Below, piece after piece: positions 26,601-37,425 of a stretch of 38,037 nt of DNA (positions are counted from its first letter, which is position 1; every line of letters starts with the position of its first letter). Source of the DNA: Rickettsiales bacterium (GTDB taxonomy: Bacteria > Pseudomonadota > Alphaproteobacteria > Rickettsiales > Midichloriaceae); NCBI GenBank assembly GCA_044446225.1, contig JBIOER010000001.1, forward strand, positions 1 through 38,037, in the 5' to 3' direction. Made by a program: the position numbers and the translations under genes. The notes beneath the pieces were generated by a model. That model saw only the letters and a program-made list of their open reading frames with translations, did not search any database and had not been told where the DNA came from.

Positions 26601-26775
26601 CGCATTGTTGTGCACATAACTGCTGGCATGATGATCCTATGGGGGTGACGGTCACTGCAGTTCTGGTATTGCCCGACCAATCGGTGCTGAGGATACAGTT
26701 AGAATAAGGATTCCACCCAAAAGCTGGGTTTGAAAAAAGCAACATCACTAGAAGGACTAAAGCCCTTACCATCAC
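23698..26775 (-). CDS. virB6: VirB6-like T4SS inner-membrane protein, paralog 1 (1025 aa) with a roughly 660-aa N-terminal Cys-rich domain, located upstream of virB3
   Basis: Signal peptide MMVRALVLLVMLLFSNPAFG. The N-domain is paralogous to 12628..15390. The polytopic block runs IIRAFLALYFAFLGLGF...LINTYFFPFF... Start is the GTG at 26775 or the ATG at 26772. Confidence 0.72.
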   Translation of the reverse strand: MMVRALVLLVMLLFSNPAFGWNPYSNCILSTDWSGNTRTAVTVTPIGSSCQQLCAQQCGIQITATQFQPNVGLSRTTVANGTELNADVILQCLSDCQTGSNNMSYYVRQDQAPAGSTTSDILFVGPIINTVSCDPNTGQTQDSANYNAIWTGITTQTGDQVSIYPIGNGLDSTVYMCGQKFLEMVPLISSINTNDWTNQTAPQTLWQPGQHSCLLANNPLSQTQVQGLSNQQLWNYAGLSYAQLQNLTGPLITDFTTNTLFPMDSLCMWNSRNPQFTNTGIYIQDGDELSISWSGDFAWEGSNAAFPWSLLGTTPIVNPPGTDRAFAFNFLMNPSNAAADIATATNWWRQNSGLQLLAPGDSNDPYGTNALPKTIYGEDARVAPYTIKNLGLQVTPPTPSATPAYSIYGLAGSFQDLNIVYTTNTTSSSCNTPTKQAMNFNTCNSVSNPGLGSYTFTGALSGFSSTKTPLAIRHWDVSTSDIATDIKYWSDNLGGYTVAIYYGGCPQTLNTTNANSGLQYAVLPNYDNSSDSPANRFTAIQAATLTWAAVPVAVLNQSTTLNIPAPGGMLLFRIASNYTVPSGSSDPNLAALYAPGNQYGQYVVAVNDNTQSAFLVENGPFRELVRYVEQVLFGNPTASNIQAQQGIVQVLYVSFIEESYVKNIIRAFLALYFAFLGLGFMTGAIHMTQHEAVMRALTVGAVVALISDQSWTLINTYFFPFFTTGVTTLIADFVSGSVSMNNATGFTEAQLQQDPTLIFSVFDAAVAQLASAPFWIKIATLFFSGVFGAWLAIVILIATGFFAWAITKAVLMYLMSMIIIAMLMVVSPIFIPFALYKQTKYLFDSWWKNLISFAIQPVAVFLGVVIFSLLFSLILIEALAFSACEVCLVDIAIPGVINQCILQGFTFLQNMNMPVGVDVSYSAPFTAVSMIFLSVILLMVAHAASEFVDYIPGMITGIVTGDLTARTMSIANYGSAARSTAIGGVANTVRVGAVKPVGAVMYAPRLAYQTAYKPFKKGITGKTRV

Positions 26776-26878
26776 AGTACTTTGAAAAGTTATGGTTATG
26801 AGATTAAATTGTATTGCCTAAATTACAACGACTTTCCTAGTGGTATGTAATAATTTAGTTATTTTCACTTAAGGGAAT

Positions 26879-26969
26879 GAGACTGACTAAAACCCGCCTG
26901 AATTCGTTGTGGCTGCTTCCTTTCGAACCTGACCAATTTGGCAAACTAGAAACGCCTTCAGCCAATCTC
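26879..26969 (-). ncRNA. ffs: Signal recognition particle RNA (4.5S RNA, small bacterial type)
   Basis: The minus strand reads GGUCAGGUUCGAAAGGAAGCAGCCAC. This matches the conserved domain IV of E. coli 4.5S (GGUCAGGUCCGGAAGGAAGCAGCCAA), with a GNRA tetraloop closed by UUC/GGA. The 5' GAGAUUGGCUGA pairs with the 3' UUAGUCAGUCUC (12 bp, 3 G-U pairs). Confidence 0.85.
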
Positions 26970-26975
26970 AGAAAT

Positions 26976-27004
26976 ATTCTAACCGAACTTCCGGTAATTA
27001 GCAA
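26976..27004 (-). promoter_or_regulatory. Sigma70-type promoter TTGCTA-N17-TAGAAT for ffs
   Basis: On the minus strand the -35 TTGCTA lies at 26999..27004 (overlapping the trpS stop) and the -10 TAGAAT at 26976..26981. The first G of the closing helix follows 6 nt later. Confidence 0.45.
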
Positions 27005-27999
27005 GTTAGCCCAACAATTTCTCGTACTTCTTTAATAGTTTTTAGGGCGATCTCACTGGCTTTTTCAGCACCTCTTTCAGCGATTTTGTGAATCTGGGTG
27101 CGATCACTTAACAAAACTTTTAGATTATCTTGCATTGGTTTTAGTCCGTCGATAATCGCCTGCGCCACCTCCTCTTTGAACTTAGAGGTTTGGTAATCCC
27201 GGAACCGAGATACGGCTGACTCTACTGTATCTCCTGCGAATGCACAGTAAATATTGAGCAAATTCGCAATCTCAGGGCGCGCTTGCGGGTCATGGTTGAC
27301 ACCTGTAATTGCGTCGGTCTTGGCTTTGCGGATTTTTTGCATAATCAAATCTGCATCATCAGCAAGGTTAATCCGAGAAAAATCTGATTCATCAGATTTA
27401 CTCATTTTCTTGGTGCCATCACGCAAGCTCATAATCCGCGCGCCAAATTCACTAGGAATCATTTCCGGCTCTTTGAAGTAATCCACAGCAAAACTACGGT
27501 TAAACGCGCCCGCCACATCCCGAGTTAACTCAAGGTGCTGGGTTTGGTCGTCACCCACCGGCACGTGTGTTGCGTGGTATAAAAGGATATCCGCGGCCAT
27601 CAAAACAGGGTAGGCATAGAGCCCTAATCCCGCTTGTTCCTTATGTTTGCCCGCTTTATCCTTGAATTGCGTCATGCGATTCAACCACCCCATGGGAGTG
27701 ATGCAGCCAAAAATCCAACTCAATTCCGCATGATAAGACACCGCGGATTGGGTAAAAAGTATAGATTTATCAGGATCTAAGCCCGCTGCGATGTAGGTAG
27801 CCATATTAACGGTGCAGCTCTCTCTGAGGGCTTTGGGATCCTGCGGCATGGTAATTGCGTGCAAATCAACAATGCAAAAAATGGTCTGATCATGCTCATT
27901 TTGCATCTTCACCCAGTTCTTCATCGCCCCCAAATAGTTACCAATTGTTAATTTACCCGTTGGTTGGATACCAGAAAAAACCGTTGCCATAATCACCAT
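26998..27999 (-). CDS. trpS: Tryptophan--tRNA ligase
   Basis: FSGIQPTGKLTIGNYLGA is followed by the HIGH-region equivalent, the KMSKS motif (KKMSKSD) and a class I Rossmann layout. The real start is probably the ATG at 27990 (MATVFSGIQ). Confidence 0.95.
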   Translation of the reverse strand: MVIMATVFSGIQPTGKLTIGNYLGAMKNWVKMQNEHDQTIFCIVDLHAITMPQDPKALRESCTVNMATYIAAGLDPDKSILFTQSAVSYHAELSWIFGCITPMGWLNRMTQFKDKAGKHKEQAGLGLYAYPVLMAADILLYHATHVPVGDDQTQHLELTRDVAGAFNRSFAVDYFKEPEMIPSEFGARIMSLRDGTKKMSKSDESDFSRINLADDADLIMQKIRKAKTDAITGVNHDPQARPEIANLLNIYCAFAGDTVESAVSRFRDYQTSKFKEEVAQAIIDGLKPMQDNLKVLLSDRTQIHKIAERGAEKASEIALKTIKEVREIVGLTC

Positions 28000-28003
28000 A
28001 AAC

Positions 28004-28025
28004 TATAATATATATGGCAATTATA
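28004..28025. promoter_or_regulatory. Back-to-back -10 hexamers in the 33-nt trpS/murF divergent spacer
   Basis: TATAAT lies on the plus strand at 28004..28009, facing murF. TATAAT lies on the minus strand at 28020..28025, facing trpS. The -35 elements would fall inside the opposing genes. Confidence 0.3.
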
Positions 28026-28032
28026 GGGTTCT

Positions 28033-31438
<3,406 letters not shown>

Positions 31439-31439
31439 T

Positions 31440-31925
31440 ATGACTAATGAATGGGATGAAACTATTAGGGGGGTCAAGAAGCTAAACAAAAACATCGCTA
31501 AAGCTCCGCTGCCTAAAAAAGAGATTGTTATCTCCAAAGAGTTTGAAGGCATCGCCTTAACGAGTAAAAATTATGATGATTTAGTCGCAAGCGATACCTC
31601 GGGTATCGACCGCAAAACTGCCCAAAAAATGGACCGAGGTGAGCTGCGCCCCGACATTGAAATCGACTTACATGGTCTCACTCGCGAAGATGCATTTAGT
31701 CGCGTTAAAAATGTGATTTCGCAAGCTTTTGTCGCAGGAAAAAGAATGGTTTTAATCATCACCGGTAAGGGCGTTAAAACCGAATATAAGAGTGTCCTGC
31801 GTGATGAGCTACCAGCATGGCTTAATCATGAATCAATTAGACCAATGATTGTCCGCTACTCGCAAGCTGCGATTAAAGATGGTGGCAGTGGCGCGTTCTA
31901 CGTTTTAATCCGGAGGCAAAGATGA
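31440..31925 (+). CDS. Smr (MutS2-related) domain protein
   Basis: The Smr pattern is IDLHGLTREDAFSRVKNVISQAFVAGKRMVLIITGKG. The gene starts 1 nt after the ligA stop. Confidence 0.8.
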   Translation: MTNEWDETIRGVKKLNKNIAKAPLPKKEIVISKEFEGIALTSKNYDDLVASDTSGIDRKTAQKMDRGELRPDIEIDLHGLTREDAFSRVKNVISQAFVAGKRMVLIITGKGVKTEYKSVLRDELPAWLNHESIRPMIVRYSQAAIKDGGSGAFYVLIRRQR

Positions 31926-32530
31926 TCCTTATCACCCGCCCCGTAAAACAAGCAGAAAAAACCAAAAAGTTGCTTGCAACAATGGGTTATGCTTGTAAAA
32001 TTTTCCCGCTGCTAAAAATCGAATATCTATGGGATGCGTTAACTGGTGTGGGTGAGTATCCTAATGTTATCGTCACCAGCGTTCACGCAGCAAAAGTTAT
32101 TATTAAGGCAAAGCGATTTGTTACTGCTAATTTCTATGTCGTTGGGCAAAAAGTTGCCGACCTCCTCACTAGCAATAACTATACTATTACAAGGCTTGCT
32201 TTACGCGCCTGCGAACTAAACATCGCCGATTCTAATGTGGTTTATATTTCAGGCGATCACATAGCTACGGATTTCGCGTGCCCGAGGATTGTTGTGTATA
32301 ACAGTATTGCCGCAACTGCATTGCCTAGCGATCTCCTTATTGGTATCACCACCATCTTATTTTATTCACCCAGAACCGCTAAAGTTTTTCGCAATCTTCA
32401 ACCGGCGCTAAAAAACATCAAGGCAATTTGCATTAGCTTTAATACCGCAATTATGCTTAAAGACTTAAATTTTCACAAAATACTTATTGCTGAAAATCCT
32501 ACTGAAAAATCGATGCTCAAATTATTATAG
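31922..32530 (+). CDS. hemD: Uroporphyrinogen-III synthase-like protein (short HemD family)
   Basis: MILITRPVKQAEKTKKLLATMGYACKIFPLLKIEY parallels the E. coli HemD N-terminus (ILVTRP...L...G......PLIEF). It is only 202 aa. ATGA overlap with the smr gene. Confidence 0.6.
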   Translation: MILITRPVKQAEKTKKLLATMGYACKIFPLLKIEYLWDALTGVGEYPNVIVTSVHAAKVIIKAKRFVTANFYVVGQKVADLLTSNNYTITRLALRACELNIADSNVVYISGDHIATDFACPRIVVYNSIAATALPSDLLIGITTILFYSPRTAKVFRNLQPALKNIKAICISFNTAIMLKDLNFHKILIAENPTEKSMLKLL

Positions 32531-32850
32531 CAATTCCAGCTTTTAAATTAACCGAGGCGATGTTATATTTTTACAAGCTTATCATACAATTTGAAGACGT
32601 TTACTATATGTAAGCGACTGAAAGTTATGTAAAAAGATAGCAAAAAGAAAACGAGCATGTGTTAACTTTAAAAATGGCATTGGTATTATACCAAATCCAG
32701 TTTTTAAATTAACCGAAGCGATGTTATATTTTTACAAGCTTATCATGCAATTTGAAGACGTTTACTATATGTAAGCAACTGAAAATTACGTGAAAAGATT
32801 GTAAAAAGAGAACGAGCATGTGTTAACTTTAAAAATGGAATTGGTATTAG
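32531..32850. repeat. Tandem direct duplication (2 x ~160 bp, period 161) filling the whole hemD-like/miaA spacer
   Basis: Copy 1 (32531..32690) and copy 2 (32692..32850) align base for base with scattered substitutions, roughly 90% identical by eye. Each copy starts CCAG(C/T)TTTTAAATTAAC and ends GTTAACTTTAAAAATGG. Copy 2 abuts the miaA ATG. Confidence 0.92.
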
Positions 32851-33696
32851 ATGCGCAATAAAATCAATATCATTTATGGCACCACCGCGTCAGGCAAAAC
32901 CAAACTCGGTATTGAGCTGGCTAAAAAACTTAATGGGGTGGTCATCAATTGTGATTCCATGCAAATTTATAAAGAGATCCCCATCCTTTCTGCCCAACCC
33001 ACTGCTGCGGAAAAAGATGGGGTTGAGCACCGCCTTTTTGGTTACGTTAGCCTCAGTGATAAATATGATGTGGGTAAATGGCTCGATGACGCAGTAGCAG
33101 AAATTAAAAATGTTTTAGCAGCCAAGGCCACGCCGATATTGGTGGGCGGTACTGGACTTTATATTAAAAGTTTGGTTGATGGCATTGCTAAAATGCCCCC
33201 CATATCGCTTCCCACTAAAAGCAAAGTTGCTGCACTACCGCACTTATTCGAAGAGCTACAGAAGTTAGATCCCCCTATGGCTGCAAAACTCAAACCTAAC
33301 GATGTGCAACGCACTATCCGTGCTTTGGAAATTTTTATCGAAACTGGTAAGTCGATTCTTTATTGGCAAAGCCAACCTCATCAATTGTTTTTCCCGCGCC
33401 AGGATTTTTATTTAATTCAGTTACTAAAAGACCGCGCGCAGAATTACCGCGATATCGAGCTGAGGTTTCTGCAAATGATTGAAGCGGGCGCAATTGAAGA
33501 AGTGCGCCAAGTTTACCAAACTTTTGGCGATATTGAGTATCCCAAAGCGCATGGCATCCCTGAGCTAATTTCCTATATCAAGGGCGAGGTAACTCTCGAA
33601 GAATGCATTCCCAAAATCCAGCAAAATTCCCGCAACTACGCCAAGCGCCAGCTCACCTGGGGTAGACACCAATTGGTGTTTGATCAGGTGCAATAA
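32851..33696 (+). CDS. miaA: tRNA dimethylallyltransferase
   Basis: P-loop GTTASGKT, then INCDSMQIYKEIPILSAQPT, LVGGTGLY and the QRTIRALE pattern. Confidence 0.93.
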   Translation: MRNKINIIYGTTASGKTKLGIELAKKLNGVVINCDSMQIYKEIPILSAQPTAAEKDGVEHRLFGYVSLSDKYDVGKWLDDAVAEIKNVLAAKATPILVGGTGLYIKSLVDGIAKMPPISLPTKSKVAALPHLFEELQKLDPPMAAKLKPNDVQRTIRALEIFIETGKSILYWQSQPHQLFFPRQDFYLIQLLKDRAQNYRDIELRFLQMIEAGAIEEVRQVYQTFGDIEYPKAHGIPELISYIKGEVTLEECIPKIQQNSRNYAKRQLTWGRHQLVFDQVQ

Positions 33697-34980
33697 TTAT
33701 TTATTCGACAAAATCTCGCGGGCTTTGACTTTTATAAGTTCTACCCCCGGTTGGTCAAAAGGATTAACCTTCATTAAATAGCACAGCGTAACTACTTCAA
33801 TGGCTGAATGCATCATTAATGCGCCCAGGCATTTCTCATCATAGTTTTTGAGAATAATTTCACGCAGGGGGTTTTTGTTATGCGCAACTGCATGTACCGA
33901 GGCGCTATACTCAGCATCGTTAATCTCTTGCAAGGTATTCGCTTGTAAATAGCTTGGCTGAGTTTGCTTAGCAAGTTTAATATTGCTTAGCTCTTTAGTG
34001 TGATTTTGAATTTTGAAGAAGGTATAAATTTTATCCTGTGGGCCATCCAAGTAAAGTTGCATCATACTATGTTGATCCATAGGCCCTACTCCACGTATGG
34101 GAGTTATCCCTAAACCATTCTTACCGGTACTTTCAGAAATGATTTGGCTATACCATTCTAGGTATGGATTAAAGGCATCCGAATAGGCTAGTGAAATGCA
34201 AATTGGCTTTTGCGCAAGGCAAAGTGCCAGCGCGCCGCGAATAGGCGCAGCTTCATTCCTTTCTTGCCAAAAGTTTGCGCTAACTGAATTTGCGCCACCT
34301 AAAAACTCATGCATATTCAGGCCTGCAACCAACCCGGGTAAAACACCGACCGCTGAAAAGCCCGAATACCTTCCACCAATACCCATATCATGACTATGGA
34401 TGGTTCCGCCAAGTTCCGTTGCCATGTTGCGGATGGGGTTATCTCCTTCGCCAACAACAAAGAAAAAGTGATTATGGATGTTGGGGACTCCGACTTCTTG
34501 ATAAGCATGTAGGAATGCACTAAACATTGCTATCGTTTCCGTCGTACCGCCAGAATTACTTGAAACTAAAATGGCGGTTTTATGTAAGTCTACACTTTCC
34601 AAAATAGTGCGAAATTTGAAGGGATCGGTAGTAAGTGCAAATTGAATTCGCGGCCCACGATTATGCCTTCTTACCGAAATTATAGTCTGCGGATTGAGCG
34701 TGGCACCACCCATTGCAACGATAATAAGATCATCAAAATTCTCACGAATTTTGGTGGCAGTTGGGGATAGATGGTTAATAAGGCCATCAATATCAAATGG
34801 GTGAAGGACTTTTAGATAATCGGTCGTTGCGTCGCTCTTGGCATAGATGTTGTTGAAGATGTCATTGAGTTGCCCTTGATAAGCTTCAATTTTGCTTTGG
34901 CTAATATTGGTTCTGTCAATAAACTCGTACATACTAGAAATATTCTGCGTTAAATAGTTTTTTGTGTTCTTCAATTGCAT
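33697..34980 (-). CDS. pgi: Glucose-6-phosphate isomerase (short form)
   Basis: SSNSGGTTET, GIGGRYSGFSAVG (PGI signature 1) and NPFDQPGVELIKVK (signature 2) are present. An alternative start at 34932 (MYEFIDR) lies 1 nt after the dgt stop. Confidence 0.9.
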   Translation of the reverse strand: MQLKNTKNYLTQNISSMYEFIDRTNISQSKIEAYQGQLNDIFNNIYAKSDATTDYLKVLHPFDIDGLINHLSPTATKIRENFDDLIIVAMGGATLNPQTIISVRRHNRGPRIQFALTTDPFKFRTILESVDLHKTAILVSSNSGGTTETIAMFSAFLHAYQEVGVPNIHNHFFFVVGEGDNPIRNMATELGGTIHSHDMGIGGRYSGFSAVGVLPGLVAGLNMHEFLGGANSVSANFWQERNEAAPIRGALALCLAQKPICISLAYSDAFNPYLEWYSQIISESTGKNGLGITPIRGVGPMDQHSMMQLYLDGPQDKIYTFFKIQNHTKELSNIKLAKQTQPSYLQANTLQEINDAEYSASVHAVAHNKNPLREIILKNYDEKCLGALMMHSAIEVVTLCYLMKVNPFDQPGVELIKVKAREILSNK

Positions 34981-36088
34981 AGCGATCCGTCATTCCTGAA
35001 ATGTAATCTAATATTACCCTGGCTTTTGCATGATCATCAAGACTTTTTAATTGCCCTTGCCAAGAATTAGGTAAACACCCCGGAGATTCTAGGAATCTCT
35101 TGAACAAATCTTTAAGAATCATCTGCCCCTTGAGGGTCATGCGATTTACTTGATAATGCCGATAGAAATTATTCATTAAAAACTCTTTAATCCCTAAACG
35201 TACTTTTTCCACTTCAGGGGAGAACACCGCTAATTGAGATTTGTGTTTACGCACATCTAACACGGTTTTGATTTTATGGAAATCTAAGCCTCTGCGCGTC
35301 TCAAAAACTAAATCTGCCGTCATATGCTTAATCAGCCGACGAATTGTTTCGCTACGGATTTTGGTCTCAGAAATATTAGGGAAAGCAGCTTTAACGCTTT
35401 CCACTAATTTATTTACAAGCGGGATTTCTTGGAGTTGTTCTAAAGTAAAGAAGCCTGCTCTTATGCCATCATCAATATCGTGGTTAATATAGGCAATGTC
35501 GTCGGCTAGGCTTGCAACTTGAGCTTCGAGTGAGGCATAACTATCAAGGTGCAAATTATATTCCGCTGAAAAATCAAAAATATATTGGCTAGATTCTTTA
35601 TTGCTTTTGAAAGGACCATTATGTTTAACAATACCTTCGAGGGATTCCCAAGATAGATTCAGTCCATCGAATTCGGCGTATCTTTGCTCTAATTTAGTGA
35701 CGGTTTTTAATGTTTGAACGTTATGGTCAAATCCCCCCCATGCTGCAGCTGCTTCATTTAAGCCATCTTCACCGGCGTGTCCAAATGGAGGATGACCAAT
35801 ATCATGAGCAAGGGCAATTAGTTCCGCCAGGTCTTCATTTAGCTGAAGGTCTCTAGCGATTGCGCGGCTGATTTGCGCGACTTCCAATGAATGCGTCAGC
35901 CTAGTGCGATAGTGATCGCCCACGTGATTGACGAAAACCTGGGTTTTATATTCCAAACGGCGGAAAGCAACCGAATGAATAATCCTCTCGCGGTCCTTCA
36001 AAAAAGGCTCGCGATTACTTTCGTATAGTTCTCTATACTTCCTTCCTGCAGAGCCAACAGGATCTACAGCAAATGTTGCTAGTTTCAT
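34934..36088 (-). CDS. dgt: Deoxyguanosinetriphosphate triphosphohydrolase-like HD-domain protein
   Basis: RTRLTHSLEVAQISRAIA and LAHDIGHPPFGHAGE form the HD motif. Length is 384 aa. AGGAGG lies 5 nt before the ATG. Confidence 0.9.
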   Translation of the reverse strand: MKLATFAVDPVGSAGRKYRELYESNREPFLKDRERIIHSVAFRRLEYKTQVFVNHVGDHYRTRLTHSLEVAQISRAIARDLQLNEDLAELIALAHDIGHPPFGHAGEDGLNEAAAAWGGFDHNVQTLKTVTKLEQRYAEFDGLNLSWESLEGIVKHNGPFKSNKESSQYIFDFSAEYNLHLDSYASLEAQVASLADDIAYINHDIDDGIRAGFFTLEQLQEIPLVNKLVESVKAAFPNISETKIRSETIRRLIKHMTADLVFETRRGLDFHKIKTVLDVRKHKSQLAVFSPEVEKVRLGIKEFLMNNFYRHYQVNRMTLKGQMILKDLFKRFLESPGCLPNSWQGQLKSLDDHAKARVILDYISGMTDRYAIEEHKKLFNAEYF

Positions 36089-36160
36089 ACCAGCCTCCTG
36101 TTTGTATAGTATTTGGGAATGGATATAAAATAAAGAGGGAATTTATCAATCCAGCTCGTT

Positions 36161-37414
36161 TTAGTTTATTGGACTAAACCCACTTAAATCAATCTCCGCT
36201 TTACCTTTAGTAATGAGGTCGGCTATGGCTTTGCTACTACCAGCGGCGGCTGTCCAACCCAAAAACCCGTGGCCGGTGTTAAGGTATAAATTGCTATATT
36301 TGGTTTTGCCAATGAGTGGGGTGTAAAAAGGAGTTAGAGGCCTTAGACACGCCCATGGCGTGGCATTTTCATAATCACAAGCGTGAGGGAAAAAGTGTTT
36401 TGCTGCGTGAATAAGTGGCGATACCCTTTCTTCGCGAATAGTGTGGTCAAATCCACCAAATTCTGCGGTACCAGCGAGCCTAAATGTTTTGCCAATTTTA
36501 GTCAGCACAAATTTGCGCTTGTGGTCGTAGATACTGGCGCTGGGAATCTCGCTATCGTTAATTATTGGGCAGGAAACGCTATAACCTTTAACTGGATAAA
36601 TCGGCAACTTAATGTCAATTTTATTAAGTAATTGATTAGAGTAGGCACCTAAGCAATTAACAAAAACATCTGCCTCGATCTCACCTTTGCTGGTAATAAG
36701 GCGGGTTAGCTTTTTGCCCTGCTTGACGAAATCATGAATGTCACAATTATATAAAAACTTTACCCCCAACTGTTGAGCGTGTTTTTCTAATTCAACTGTA
36801 AATTTGTGCGCATCACCCACTTCGTCCGTTTTACAATTGATGGCGCCGCCCTGTTTCTCACTTAAGTATAATTTAAGCGATGGTTCTTTTTGGGTAATCT
36901 CAGCTCCTTTGAGAATTTCGTAATCAACTTTCTGGAACTGCGAAGCATAATCTAAAATCTTTTTTTCAGCTTCACGTTCTCGCGCAGTTTCAAAAAGATG
37001 GATGATGCCATCCTGATGAAAATCATATTTAAGTTTTAAACTGTCATTGAGTTTATGGATTTGCTGACGCGAGTAGTAGTTAAGCAGTAAATAATTAATC
37101 GTACGTTTTTCAAACTGACTTGCTCTACACTCACTGAGAAATTTGAACAACCAAATGTAGAGGTCAGGGTCAAAGCTAAAGCGCATTAAAAGTGGAGCGT
37201 TCTTTTTGCCCAACCATTTTAGGCCTTGCAATACGTTGCCCCAAGTTGCTAATGGGTCAGCATCTGAATAAGAAAGTTGCGCCCCATTTGCAAAACTACA
37301 TTCATTGGCAGCTCCGCTTGATTTATCAATAATGGTCACTTTGCACCCCGCTTTACTTAGGTAATAAGCGGTACTGATTCCTATGACTCCAGCTCCTAAT
37401 ACTGCAACATGCAT
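36161..37414 (-). CDS. dadA: D-amino acid dehydrogenase (FAD-dependent oxidoreductase, DadA family)
   Basis: The N-terminal dinucleotide fold is MHVAVLGAGVIGISTAYYLSKAGCKVTIIDK. The protein is 417 aa and ends GHGFLGWTAAAGS, as in DadA. Confidence 0.85.
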   Translation of the reverse strand: MHVAVLGAGVIGISTAYYLSKAGCKVTIIDKSSGAANECSFANGAQLSYSDADPLATWGNVLQGLKWLGKKNAPLLMRFSFDPDLYIWLFKFLSECRASQFEKRTINYLLLNYYSRQQIHKLNDSLKLKYDFHQDGIIHLFETAREREAEKKILDYASQFQKVDYEILKGAEITQKEPSLKLYLSEKQGGAINCKTDEVGDAHKFTVELEKHAQQLGVKFLYNCDIHDFVKQGKKLTRLITSKGEIEADVFVNCLGAYSNQLLNKIDIKLPIYPVKGYSVSCPIINDSEIPSASIYDHKRKFVLTKIGKTFRLAGTAEFGGFDHTIREERVSPLIHAAKHFFPHACDYENATPWACLRPLTPFYTPLIGKTKYSNLYLNTGHGFLGWTAAAGSSKAIADLITKGKAEIDLSGFSPIN

Positions 37415-37425
37415 AATTATTAAGT

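Noticed and set aside
32876-33097. 73-aa alternative-frame ORF inside miaA, and similar nested ORFs in obg, metK, ligA, pgi and dadA
   Set aside because: The host frames carry unambiguous family motifs, while the nested frames carry none.
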